Source: Lama guanicoe
Lineage: Eukaryota
DNA: 64,000 nt
NCBI GenBank assembly: GCA_013239625.1
Contig: MU053629.1
Coordinates: forward strand, 468,676 to 532,675
Reading direction: 5' to 3'
The stretch's first letter is position 1; the number at the start of each line of letters is the position of its first letter. The translations under genes were made by a program, and so were the position numbers. Of this stretch, positions 41,223-54,180 are shown piece after piece. The notes under the pieces were generated by a model, which searched no databases, had not been told where the DNA came from, and was given only the letters and a program-made list of their open reading frames with translations.

Positions 41223-41769
41223 ATCAGTGTTCAACCCGCAGTTGAGTCAGATGTTCATCATTTGGTCCTTCGGAAACCAATAAAAGGCAGGTAAGTGGCT
41301 TCCCTCTTGTTTGTGGAGAATGCCCAGCCCTCCATTGTCTTGTAGGAGAAACGTGGGTTTGAATATTTTCTCAGCTGTGTAGAGTGAAATTCTGATACTC
41401 AAGGTCATAACAGCCAGAAGAAATGTTATATTCTGATTGTGAGATTAAAAAAATAGAGACTGGGGATTGCTTTTTAAATAGCACAGCATATAAATGTTTT
41501 AACTCTCAGTCTGAAGAGGTCTATCTGGTGATTATGTGATATTTTACACTCAAGGTAACTGTGATTGTCTTACTGGAATGCTTAAATTAAATATTTAAAT
41601 CTTAATGGGAATTGGCAGGAACTTTTAGGGGAAGTAGACAAAATAATTCCATAGAGAAGTCCAAGTGAATTAATATTAGCTTTAGGGTTGTATTCAAATA
41701 AGACTAGTTATGGTGAGTTGATGTGAAACCTGTTTATGCTGTTGTGGAAAGGAATCAGAATCCAGAGAA

Positions 41770-42040
41770 GCTGTGTGCTAGAAATGTAATCTGAGACATA
41801 TATAATTTAAAATTCTCCAGCAGCCACATTAAAAAAGGTGAAATAATTTTAATGTTTTATTTAACGTAGTACATACAAAATGCTAACGTTTCAAAATGTA
41901 ATAAAAAATTTACTAATGAGTTACTTTATATTCTTTATGTAGTCTTCAGAATCGGTGGACTTGACCCTCACTGCAAGTATCGATTTGGATTAGCTCCCCA
42001 GCGGGTGGTCTCTGGTCACAAATGGCGAGGTGCTGTGCAG
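41770..42040 (+). mobile_element. MER33-like hAT-Charlie element
   Basis: AGAAATGTAAT...TAATTTAAAATTCTCCAGCAGCCACATTAAAAAAGGTGAAAT..ATTTTAAT..TTTATTTAAC matches recalled MER33. Confidence 0.75.
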
Positions 42041-44774
42041 ATGGAGAGAGAGTCCACAGTGAGGGAGATAATTTGCACAATTACTCAAGTGGTTCTGTAT
42101 TTGAATTCTGATTTGGTCCAAAATAATGTTAAATGATTTCACAGTTACCTTAGAGGGGACAGCGGTGGACCCCTCTGGAGAGGTGTCCCCTCCCCAAAGG
42201 CCTCTGGCTACCTGCATCAGTGACATTTTGCAGGTCAGCTCTATGGGCGGGCTGGTTAATGCACCCAAGGGCGGGGAGGGAGTGCAATATTTGCCTTCAC
42301 TTGTTCCGTGAGGACAGAGACCGAGGGAGAGAATCAAGCAGGGCACTGCTTTGTATTTTTGTTTTTTATTTGAAGAAAAAACAGATAATGGAATGATTTT
42401 TTTTTTTAATGAAAGGTTAATATGTAGGCAACTTGTACCTACAGAAGACTTTGCTGTTTGAAAGCTATGTACTTACTGATTCTGTTTTTAGCAAAGAACA
42501 AGTAGAGGCAAAGTTACTGTAGGTAGCGGAGCCACTGCTGGGAATGACAGAGAAACACATAAAAGGGAAGTAGAAAGTCCTAGTTGTGTCTAAGCAGCTG
42601 AGCTGGGAGCCTCAGAGCCCTCATGCCCTGACTTCCTCCTTGGGAGCAGGGCTCTAGGGGGAGGGGCTGTGGGGGTGCCCTGTGCTGCTGGGAACCCTAA
42701 CTCACACCTGCTCAGCCTGTCTTGGGTCATCTGTGTCTTGCTGTGTGCAGCGGGGACAGAGAGATGGTTGTAACTTTACTGGAAAAGCGTGAAATTTTTA
42801 GTTTTTCTAAGTACAAACAGCTTTATTAAGCATTCTTCTGATTTAAAAATAACTAGTTTTATAAGGCAGTTTTATTGAAAGGGCCTGAGAGCTGGAATCA
42901 TCTCCAGTGAAGGAGATTTGCACAAGGAAGTAAGGGGGATCTGGATGAAATGGGGGTGACTATGACTTATAGTTGCTGAAGCTGGGTGTTGAGTATTTAG
43001 GGCTTCATTATTCTCTTTATTATCTATTTGAATTTTTAATAGAAAACTTTAGGTATTTAGATGGTGCATAAAGGTGTAAAGAAAAAGCTCTGGATTTCCA
43101 TTATTCGAAAATAACTACCATTAACTTGAAAACCATCTACTGGACATTCCAGACTGTGAAAATGCCTTAAAGAAGTCAGGAAAGATGTGAGTCCTGATTG
43201 TGCTCTTACAGAGATTTGATTCTAGTTCCAGAGCCTAGAGGTCACGTATGCGGACAAGAAAGTCAGTGTCTGCTTCAGGTGTATTTTATGCCAGGCCTTA
43301 TGCCTATGTGGACCTTAGGCTGGCTTGTGAGGGAGGTTCTCCTGCAGTGAGGCTCAGAGGACCACATGGCCCATGAGCACTCAGCATAGGTGTAAGGAAA
43401 CCAGGGTGCCACTGGCCTTGGGTGACTGAGTGCCAGGCTCCATGCTGAGCACTTGAGGATGCCTCAACTAATGTCATTGTGGAACCTTGGGGAACCAATA
43501 TTAGAAGGCGTACAATTTGATATAATGAATTGCCAAATTACGCAGAGAAATTTACCAAGACCCATGAAAACTGAGAGAACAGCATGAGCAGGGGAAACCA
43601 CATGGGAAAGAAGGCTGCTTGGAAAAGGGGGAACTTGGAATGACAGATCGGGGACAGGAAGGGAGGACACATATGGCTCAGGAGATTTAATTCTCAGAAT
43701 GTTCTAAGAGGAGGAGGAAGCTTCAGTAACCAAAGGACTGTTTGGTGTGGGGTATTTTGGTTTTGAATGAAATGTACCAAAATGAATCTGTAAAGAAGAA
43801 TCATTGACCAGTTGAGCACAGATAAGAGGGATTTAGCTTTTTGGAAAATGAATCAGGTGGCAATTCTTGAAGACCAGATTGCACGTAGTAAGATATATTC
43901 GGGCAGCCAAATTACTTTGGAAAGATGAATTTTGAGGGATACAATTGCAACTAATCAGAGCCAAGTGATGGCAAGTTCTTACTGATAAAAAATAAGTGTC
44001 TCTGATTGCCACATTGTGTATACCTGAGTAGCTTACTTGTTCTTGATTAGCCAAACCATCTTCCCAAAGGGCCCCATGTTCTTGTTTGTAATACCTATTT
44101 CAGGTTGCCCAGAGCCTGATGAAATTTCACAGTGCACCTTAATTCTTCCTCTGACTTTTATGTTGTCATATGTTGACTCACAGCCCCTGGGCAGCCGGGC
44201 TTTGAGGGCTGGAAGAACGAGCCATTATGCTTGTTCACAGGAGTTTAACGAGTCTCCAAATGGGAAGGCCACTCCTTCTCTTGGCCACAGTGCTGGGATA
44301 TTCCATTAGAGTTGATGGGTTTTTCATTGGCATGGAAAATTAGATGGTTTACCCCTTAGGAGGTCTTATTCTCTCCTCATGTTCTTCAGTTGAATTACGT
44401 CAGTGCAGAAGAAGTTCTTGAGGTGCTAGCATGAAGAAGTGGCCCTCAGATTAAAGATTGAGATGGCAGCAACAATAAAAGTAGGGGAGGATACAGCTTC
44501 TCAGCTCAGTTCTAGCTTCAGGTGGAAGCTCTGTGTGGGCAGCCCCTGTTGACCCTCACTGCTCTGCTGTGTGTAAGTGATGTCCAGCTGGCTGGGTGTC
44601 TGGCTGGACCCCAGATCCTCCATCCCTGCTTCTATGGGCCATGCCCACCTTGTCTCACTCTAAACCTCCCCCGGCTCTGCCAGAGGAGTTTCCCTGGCTT
44701 TGGTGCCTGGTGGCGGGGGTGGGGGGGGCATCTGTAGCACCACACCTCCCCCTTATCTTCTAGTTCATTTTATT

Positions 44775-45326
44775 TCTGTTTTCTTAGACTTCATTTTTTG
44801 CAGTACTTTCAGGTTCACAGCAAAACTGAGCAGAAGGTAAGCCCAGTTCCCAAGACACCACTGACCTCGCACATACACAGCCTCCCCTATTATCACCACC
44901 CCTCACCAGAGGGTACATACGTTACAATTAATGAACCTACATTGTCACATCTCGTAATCACACAAGATTCATACTTAGCATTAGGGTTCACTCTTGGTGT
45001 TGGACATTCTAGGGGCTTTGACAAATACATAATGCCATGTATCCACCATTGCAGTATAATGCAGAGTAGTTTCACTGCCCTAAAAATCCTCTTTGCTCTG
45101 CCTGTTCATCCCTCCCCTCAGCCCCCAACCTCTGGCAACCACTGGTCTTTTTACTGTCTCCATAGTTTTGCCTTTTCTAGAATGTCATTTGGTTGGAAGC
45201 ATGCAGTGCATAGCCTTTTCAGATTGGCTTTTCACTTATAATTTGCATTTAAGTTTTCTCGATGTCTTTCCATGGCTTGAGAGCCTATTTCTTTTCAGTG
45301 CTGAACAAGGATCCAGTGTATGGGTG
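44775..45326 (-). mobile_element. L1MC1-like 3' end
   Basis: AGGTTCACAGCAAAACTGAGCAGAAGGT..AATGAACCTACATTG..AGTTTCACTGCCCTAAAAATCCTC..CTGGCAACCACTG..TTTTGCCTTTTCTAGAATGTCAT. Confidence 0.85.
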
Positions 45327-45919
45327 AATGCTGCAGCCTCTCACCTCACCTTCCTGACGGAAATGCACTGATGGTTGACGAGCAACACGTGTCTCTTCCT
45401 GTGTCTCAGATTCCACTGTAGGTGCTCTGCCTTACTCTGTGCTCTCCCACAGGGTCCAAGCTGGAGTGAGCATAACGGATGCTCTTGAGGGGTTCGGATG
45501 GGGAGTAGTATAGAGGGACATATTGTTGTACCATTCCGTAATCGTTAAACCTCATGAAGCCTTTGCTTGCTTTCGGGATGGGAAAAAAGGTATAAGTATG
45601 AAATGCTGTATTTCCCTGATTGACAACAGGCCAAACAGGAAAGATGCTCTCTCAGACACTAGGTTTGTGGCAGGAGAGCGAGTCATCGGCCAGTCCCTGG
45701 GACTAAAAGAGGAAACGGGGAGGTGGGCAGCGGGTTTTTAACTGCGACCTTGACCTTGAAGTACCAGGAAAGAGGATCCTGGAGAGAGGTAGCCTGTTCT
45801 CTTCAGTGTGGGTGTGCATGGACACAACATACACCCTGACCCCATCCGGACCCTGCTGCTGCACCCCAGCCTCTTAAAGCCCCCTGCTCTCATCCCCAGC
45901 GCCTTATTAATTATCTAAG

Positions 45920-46400
45920 ATATATTTGTTAATTCTTCAGATATTTACCGAGCACTTAATGGGTGTCAGGGACTGTGCTCTGAGCCTACGGGGGGAGCCA
46001 CAGCTCTTGCCCCCTGAGAGTTCACAGTCTAGTGTGGAATACATATCCTTCAATGAAGTCTCCCTGGAGTGGGTGAAATTGATGGGCTGCCAGGTGAACA
46101 GAGGTGTGGGGGGCTGTGTCAGGCACGGGAGACGGGAGGTCAGAGGCCTCTGCAGGGAAGCAGCACTGCAGGTGCAGGGTCCAAGGGGGAGCGTGGCCTC
46201 GGTGGTGCTGGCACTGACTCCAGGACGGGTGAGGTGCGGGGCGAGAAAGTGGGCCCCAGAGATTCCTGGAGCCGGGAGCTGGGGACAAACTCAAATGACT
46301 GCCCTAGATGGTGTACGCTGGGGTGGAGGGGAGCTGGCACGCGGGTGGCACTGGGCAGGGCTGCTGCAGTAGATGGGAATGTCGCCCAACAGAAAGTTGG
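45920..46400 (-). mobile_element. L2 LINE fragment
   Basis: AGATATTTACCGAGCACTTAATGGGTGTCAGGGACTGTGCT..GAGTTCACAGTCTAGTG..GGTGCAGGGTCCAAGG. Confidence 0.6.
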
Positions 46401-46554
46401 GAACTACCAAACAGGAATACCCTGGCCATTGACAGCTTTGTAGGGGGAACAGGGGTGGGAAGGGTCCAATCAGTTTAATTTTCTGAATGATCAAGGAAGA
46501 AGTAAAATACTATTTTCCTGCTCTTTCCTCTTCTTCCCCTTAAAGGAAAAGCAG

Positions 46555-46928
46555 ATTTTTTTTTTGTCATTTTGTGACTAGTTTATTTCAATTAGCATAT
46601 GCTCAAGATTCATCCATGTTGTGGCATATGACAGGATTTTCTTTATCTCAAGGCTGAATAATAGTCCATTAGATGTATATATCATATTATCTTTATTCAT
46701 TCATCCATCCATGGGTCTATTTTTATTTTAGGTAAACATTTTTGTTAATACGTATTAAGTAATTTTTATTTATTGAGATAATAATTGACATGTAACATTC
46801 TGTCAGCTTAGGGTGTACACGGTGTTAATTTGATACATTTTATAGGTGTTGATATATTTCTATATCACAAGAGGATTACCAATGTAACAATAACTAACAC
46901 CTCTATCACTTCACATAATTAACATTTC
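46555..46928 (-). mobile_element. L1MA-type 3' fragments
   Basis: TTCATCCATGTTGTGGCA..AAGGCTGAATAATAGTCCATT and TTTATTGAGATAATAATTGACATGTAACATT..ACACCTCTATCACTTCACATAATT. Confidence 0.7.
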
Positions 46929-49877
46929 TAGAAGAAGCAGAATTATTAATTGTTCTAAAATGCATTGTTCTATTTTGTCTTAGTGAATCAAGTTTAGCAA
47001 AAACATTTGTTTTTATTTGTTCATCTGAAGGGGTTGCAACTTCTCAGGGTAATTTTAAGCATTCTGTTCAGAATATTGAAATTAGTAGTTTATGATATTT
47101 CTTGATACCTGAACTCCATGGTTTGTTGCTTTTTTCAGCAAATTGGTGATTAAAAAAAATTTTTTGGTGTAGTTGCCACTTTCTAAAACATGCATGTGTT
47201 TCTTCTTCCTTCACCCAAAGGAAACTCTCTTCATAGCTCTGACTAATTGAAATTCCTTGTCATTTGAATGTTAGTGAATTGGGCTTTTATTGAAAAAAAA
47301 AATTGGTTGTAATAATGTCCTGAATATGGTAGTCTAGAGACAGAAAATTTCTTCTAAACAAAAAGTCAAAGGAAAAATTTCTTTTTGTGGGGGTTGCAAA
47401 GGATGGGAGATGATGGAATGAAATTGGCAAAACAAACTTTTTTGAGAAAAGAGAAATAGGAAATTCTTTCAGAGTGAGCATTTCAGAGTCAATTTAACAG
47501 AAAACTGTAGAGTGTATATTTTGGCCAGTTTGGCCATAAAATAATGAGTTAATGATGTGCTTATGTAAGCTTATTTATTCATTTTTTTATTCGTATATTC
47601 GACTCTGTGGGGCATCCTTGAACCCACACTGTTCCAGGGCTGGGGGTATAGCCGTGTACCAGGTAGAGTCCCTGTTCTCATGAAACTTACGTTCTAGCCA
47701 CTCACGTTACTAATTTCATTTTATTTGTATTGTTATATACAGACATATAAATACAAGTGAGAGAGGGGAACAGTGAATTATAGAACAGCGGGGAATTCAT
47801 GACGTTTCTCAAGCTGCCCAGTTGGGAAAAGCCCATAAAGACTGAGCGAGGTAAAGCAGTGTAATTACAGCACTTCCCGAGCCCGTAAACAGAGTTTCAC
47901 ACCACTTTGCATTGCTATTGTTTGCACCCTTACCTGATCCTTAGAGGCCTTGTGCCTTCTCATGTGATTGTGAGTGTAATGGGCAGAGTGAGCCTTCAAT
48001 TGTCATTTGCATAAAAGAACTAATTATAGCATTGTTTTCCAAACTGTTGTGTGTGGTACTTGTACCAAGACAGAGACTGCAAAAAAGTACAGGAATTTGT
48101 GTCCAAATAAGATTGGAGCAACTTATTTATGATCAATGTTCGCTCACGAAGGTGTCCATACTGTTCTTGTATTAGAGAAACTCCTTCATTTGGTTTAAAC
48201 CAGCATTTCCCACATGTATATTGAGAATCTTTTTTGGCATGTAACACCTCTTCCTAGTTTGCTGAAATGGTGCTTTTAGAGGAATATCGAGGAATTTCTG
48301 GAGCCTTTCTTTCTGCTCTGCAGAAGGCAAGGTAGTAGTATATCATTCCTCATCTCTGAAGGCCTTGGGCACTGATGCTTTGAGCTTGGCTTCACTAAGT
48401 TTCATTTGATCTAAGAACTCAGCCTCTAGCTGGAAAGTCAGCCAAGAGAAGCCCTGAAAGGAGAATCGGGCACTTTCCCTTGGAGGCAGATACCTTATGA
48501 CACCCTTAAGCTGAGCATCCTTCATCACTGAGCTGTGCTTGTAACGAACACGTTCTCAAGGTTTCAAGGAAAAAAAAATCCTTGGCAAGTCATAGAAGTT
48601 GGAAGAATTTTGTTTTCACAGTTTCTCCTCTTTTCTCTCTTAGGCTCTCCCTGTCTCTGTTTTATGGTTACTGAAAAATTATTTGGCTTCTTTCTTGTTG
48701 GATTTTGTTCCTGAGCAATTAGTAATAAATGTGTCCAATGTTAGTGATAACTTCAAGCTAAGAGTCGTATGTACTGCTCATCTTTAGCTAAATTTAATGG
48801 ATACCCTGCTGCTTTGTTTGGTCTTATAAAAACACTTTGGTTAACGTAGGGCAGCAAAAACACTTGGGATGGTGCCCATCCGGGCCTGTCTTTTGATTTG
48901 TACGTTCGTGTCGATGGGTCCAGGGCAAAACTTGAGTGTGGTGTTCAACTGTTCTCCATCTTTCAGTGAAATGTGAGGGCAGATGTGTTTTTTGGCTCCT
49001 TGGGGTCTGTACTCCATTGTGAGATTTCAGCCCTGTGCAATGTGCAGCTCCTTTGAGACCCCTTTGCCTCCTCAGATCCCCTTCAACTTGGCCCCAGATT
49101 CCTATGGGGATTACACTGAGTGAAATGTGGAAAACAGAGTCCATAAAACTCTCCATGAAAAGGTGCCTTGTATGGTCTCAACCAGATTATTTATTATGTG
49201 TTTTGCTTCCTTATTGCTGTTAAGATGATAATCGATAGTAGATACTCCATTTCCTGGACACTTACCGGGCTCCAGGCACTGTGTTAAGAACTTCACCCAT
49301 ACATTCTGATTTCACTTCCACATCTGCAGTGTCTCGGTATTACCATCTCTGCTCTGGTGACAGGCTGATCTAGGGCTTGGAGATGTAAGCTTCCCCAAGG
49401 AGGTAGGAAGTGGTCTGAGATGCAGAACCAGGGAAGCCCTGCTGTTGGTGACAAGCCAGTGTCTTTTGCTGCTTTTTGGTCACATCTCCGTATGCCTCTC
49501 AAAGATGGTAGAACTTGGGAGCTGCCAAGTGATTTCTCATATGACCCAGAGAAGGCTACTTTAAGGCAACGTTAGTTCCTTGAAATAACAAGCTCCTGGT
49601 ACCTTATAGTAAGTTTCTATATAATTGGACATGTCTTATTCACGTGTAAAATAAGCATTTTAAATAGGTGAGTGTCCTACGTAGAGACATACTTCATCCC
49701 AGAGTTCTTTAGGGACCGTGTTCCGTTCAGGCAATGAGTTTCAACCTATGGGCAGTTTCCCTCAAGGCTCGCACGGAGCTGGAACTCACATAAGACCATG
49801 TGTGACTCTTGAGCGTTGCTGACTGCCTTAGATATACTGTCGCCTTGAATGCTTACAGTGGCCCTTTTCTTGGGCAT

Positions 49878-49985
49878 TGTTACGGAGGAGGAAACTGAGG
49901 CACAGAGAGGTTAAGGCACAATAAGGCCAGGCGACTAATTAATGACAGAATCAGGATCAATCACTGTACTTGAAACCACTGTGCT
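49878..49985 (-). mobile_element. MIR SINE
   Basis: GAGGAAACTGAGGCACAGAGAGGTTAAG. Confidence 0.7.
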
Positions 49986-51299
49986 TTTGCCTCCCCCAAA
50001 TGCAGTGTTGTGTCTCGTAAACCCTAATGCATCTCAGCCTCGAATGCAGACTTGCCCGGCTCCCCATCCATCCATCCATCCATTCCCATCTGTGGAGGGG
50101 TCAGCGGCTGGCACTGGCTGGCCTGTGGGTTTGTCTGGGTTACACCCTGGAGGTGCAGTACTTTAGTTGAGTCTTTGATTGCTCATCTTTGAGATTGGAT
50201 AGTGGTTCTTGTCCTTTATCTACCTTCTAGGGAAATTTTCGGGGGGTGGCGGAGAGAAGGAGGCTTCAGGAGATAAAGGTGGATTAATTAGATTTGTACT
50301 TGGCATCCAGCACACCTATAAAGGGATCTGTACATCTGTGACTTTTTAGCCAGGTTTATAATTATGATATTATGGGGATCTATGTATTATATGGAACTTT
50401 TGAACCTTTCAGAGTAGGGCAATGAGAAGAATAAATTTGTTTGCTGGAGATAAAGTGAACATAATGAGCCCATTATGGGAATATGTTTCTGTATTTTATA
50501 GTCTAAATAGGGGAAAAAAAACCTTTTCACCTGTAAATATAACCCAATAAAAATAAATCTGCAGAGTGGTTAAAATATGATAATAGAGTCTATTTCAACC
50601 ATTGAAATGGCCTGTCTGGATAAATGTGTCCTCGTTTTCATTCTTATTCAAATAGCCGTTTCATCAGTTCTCATATTAGTCAGGAATGAACCCACCTGTC
50701 TCTTAGAGTAGTTTTTCCGCCTTTGTTAGACTAGCTTTGAGCGGCTTGCTCCAGTTACTTGAGCTGTAGGCCATGAACAATACATGACATTGTGCACGAT
50801 AAATCTCCATTCATGTGATTACAAGATTTACAGTTCTGCTTTCAAATGGAATGGAATGACTGAGAAGGTGGTAAAGAAAAAGCAGCGCTGTATTACATGG
50901 GACTCCTTTGCTCACCACTGACAAACCCGCTGGAGCTGGCTTGAGTCACCGATGAGATTTACAAGGGGACAGGTGTGGACAAAGGCAAGGACGAAGTGGC
51001 CCTCAGGACTGAAGAGAGGAACCAGAGATGAGGAAGGGAGCTCTCTGATCAGTGTTCACAACAAGCACACGTGTGACACAAATGTCACTAGGGTGAGAGA
51101 AGGAAGGTAAAATCTGTGCAGTCTCTTTACCCTTGAGCACAAGATTAAAAAGTAGCTGTATTCTTGGGAAAAAATAACTCAGGCTCATTATTTGAAATTC
51201 GAACAGTATAAAAAAAAGTAAAAATTGTATTAAGATTCTAATAATCGGGAGCAGTCGTAACTAGTTCAATAAACATCCTTCTTGGCACATGTAAGGACA

Positions 51300-52330
51300 T
51301 CCAGGAACACAGTGGAAGCATTCTGTGCTTGGTCATTTCCCTGTTTGATTCACTCAGAAGTGTATCGTGGATCTTTTCATATCAATAAATATCAATAAAT
51401 ACCTGTTTACTTAGCATCTCCTATTTGTGGACCTTTAGGATGGTTACCTTTTTGTCCCCTCGTGATGATAAGCAGGGCTGTGTATTTCCATCTTTCTTCT
51501 TTCACAGCAATCAAATTGTGTAAATTCTCTGAGTGAATTCTTGGAGGAAGGGTTGCTGGATCAAAGAGTTTTACATTGTACACTTTACATGCTGACATAG
51601 TTACCTAAGTGGCTCTTACCCGTCTTGGACATCCCTACCCATCTGACGGGTAAAGTAAGACCTCAGTTTTCTAAAGGGTACTTTTTCATCATTAGTATAG
51701 CTGTGTATCTTTTCACATGTTTATTTCTCTTCTGTTCTCATGGAAAATTGATTAATTTGCTTTGTCCATTTTGCAGGGGATTATTAATTTCATTACCGAT
51801 TTTTAAGACATTTTTGCGTTAAGGATAGCAACCACTCCTATGTCTCTTGTATAAATATTTTACCTAGTTCCATATTTTATCTTTTGACAAAAGTATGTAG
51901 GTTGGTTTGTGCTTTTTTTAAATTTTTTGATTTGGTTTTGCTTTTCGTGTATTTGAGATTCAAAAACATGTTGCCAAATGTCTTGGTTCTTGAGTTTCAG
52001 ATTTGGATGTCATGTTTAAAAAGACCTTTCTTATCCCTGTATTATAAAATTGTTTGTCTGTATGTTCTTCTAGTACTCATATGATTCTATTTTGAGCTGC
52101 TTCTCTTTAAATAGAGAGAGAGAGCGTGTGCTAGGTTTTTTCCCTCCCCCTAAATAGCTTACCACCACCATTTACTAACTAGTCTCACCTACTACCTGGA
52201 TTAGATTACATGTATGTTGTCTGTTTCATACAAATACTTGACTCTGTAGCTGCATGTTTATTCTGGTTCACATGTGAGTTTTCACTCAGACTACTGCTTG
52301 TTAATTGTGGCCGGCCCATTTTGTTGGTTT
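51300..52330 (-). mobile_element. Old L1 (L1ME-like) fragments
   Basis: CTCCTATTTGTGGACCTTTAGGATGGTT, GGGTTGCTGGATCAAAGAG, CTTTGTCCATTTT. Confidence 0.55.
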
Positions 52331-52909
52331 CAACAATTGATTATGGTGCTTCTCTATTTCAAATTAGGTTTGCATGGATAAGGTGTCAAATGGTTAGCCT
52401 TCAATGCATCAGGGAACTGGGAATGAGACTGGAACAGCTAAAGCAGGAGGGGACTGCTTCACAGATGCGTTATAGGAACTAAGTAGGAAGAAAAAAAAAA
52501 GTGAACGAGACAAGACCTTGTGAATGCTGATTTTGAAAAGAATCAGAGTGCAGTGCCTGTGATTTTTAAGTGTTGGTGGGGGCAGGGAGGAGAATGTATA
52601 TATTTGATCTTTGTTTAAATTCAAAGCCATTAAGCATTCCTATCACAGGGAAGCAAATAATGTGTTCTGCTTCTTTGCCAACTGTAACATAATTTAGGTC
52701 TTCCAAATAAGTGTCTTGGGACCTCAATTCCCTGTTGGTAAAGAAAACTCCCAGTCCATGTGTTGCAGCGGAAATTCATTGTTTCCTGAGTTATTTCCTT
52801 TCAAGCTTAGTGTGGGGGGAAATGGCCAAATGTATAGATTGAGATTTTTTTTTCGAAATCTGATGTCTATAACATATCTTGATTCTGATGATTTTTATTA
52901 TTGTTTTAG

Positions 52910-52987
52910 GCATTGCTGCTGAAGGCTTCTCAGATGCTTCAGGCTATTTTCAGGGACACTGATTCTTTACATAAACCGAGAATTTAG
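52910..52987 (+). other. Candidate internal (probably non-coding) exon of the host gene
   Basis: T-rich acceptor ATTTTTATTATTGTTTTAG, 78 nt of non-repeat sequence, then donor AG|GTGAGT. There is a stop in all three frames. Confidence 0.4.
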
Positions 52988-54076
52988 GTGAGTCCTTTAA
53001 AAAGATGTTTTATTATCAGCTGGCTACCCTCCTGTGTTGGTCAAGTTTTATGGAGACTTAAAATGTTGTTGCTTTGCACTGTCTTGTTTGATTTGTACCC
53101 CGGTTCTGTGAGGCAGGAATGAGGCTCCCTGGTCTTACTACTTCCATTGCTGTTTGATTTTTCCACTCAGTCATTTGGTGGGGTGATGGGAAGGCCTGGA
53201 AGAGGAGATGAGCAGTTGGTTTTTTAACTTACTGCATGAATTCTCATTCATTCACATATGTTTGCTCCCTAAATTTTTTTGTGGTTGGAGGGAAGTGCTG
53301 GATAAGGAATTAGTGTAGAAACTTCCAGTAATCTTTGCCCTGAAACGATCTGGTGGTTCCTGTAGCCCTCCAGGGATGGCACACAATTAGTCTAGCATGA
53401 AATGAAGTAAACTTTGATGATAGATTTTTGATTTTCTCCTTTGGTGGTTCTGGTTGTGGCTGCACGCTCCCACGTAGTGTGTATCCAGTGCCCTGGGCAG
53501 ATAAAAAAGATGACCTTCTGCAAGTCTTGGCTCTGCCTTGATTAAAGTCTGACAGGTTAAAAAGGACTGGTTGATGCTCCTTTCCTCAAAAACCGTGTCC
53601 TGGCACACAGGGGGTTCCCTTCTGTTCTTGACTAGCTGTATAGCGAGGTGCAGATTCTTCTCTGCTCATCTCCATGTCCTTATCTGTAAAAGGCAGAAGC
53701 TGGCCCAGCCTCATCCTTCCCACACTTTTAGAATTTGTGGACTAGCAGAAAAAAAATTAAGGCCCAATTTTTACTAGATATTTTGGGCTCTACATAAACA
53801 TAATTCATAATGGTTGACAGCAGATAAGTACGTGAGAGTTCACTCTATTTGCAGGAGTCTCTGTTCTGTGTTTAGAATTTGTCATTAATGATGGTGGTGA
53901 GCTATTTAGGAGGAGGGAAAAAAATCTAATGTGCATTCTCTCTCTACTTAATTTGTCATTAAGATTTTTAATAAAATAACTACCGTCTACCAACACCATT
54001 TCATGAAAGAAGAAATATTTCAATTCTAAAAAAGTAGGAATTGCATACATTTGACTTTAAATTATATGTGTTTAGT

Positions 54077-54180
54077 GGGGAGGGTATAGCTCAGTTGGTA
54101 GAGTGCATGTTTAGGTCCTGGGTTCAATCTCCAGTACCTCCATTAGATAAATGAATGAATGAATGAATGAATGAATAAAT
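54077..54180 (+). mobile_element. tRNA-derived SINE (Vic-1-like) with internal deletion of about 10 nt and (TGAA)n tail
   Basis: GGGGAGGGTATAGCTCAGTTGGTAGAGTGCATGTTTAG|GTCCTGGGTTCAATC, with a 12-bp TSD TTATATGTGTTT (54062-73 / 54181-92). Confidence 0.88.

Noticed and set aside
44798..45241. 147-aa ORF (also 62595-62978 and 30222-30467)
   Set aside because: These lie within L1 remnants and are not host genes.
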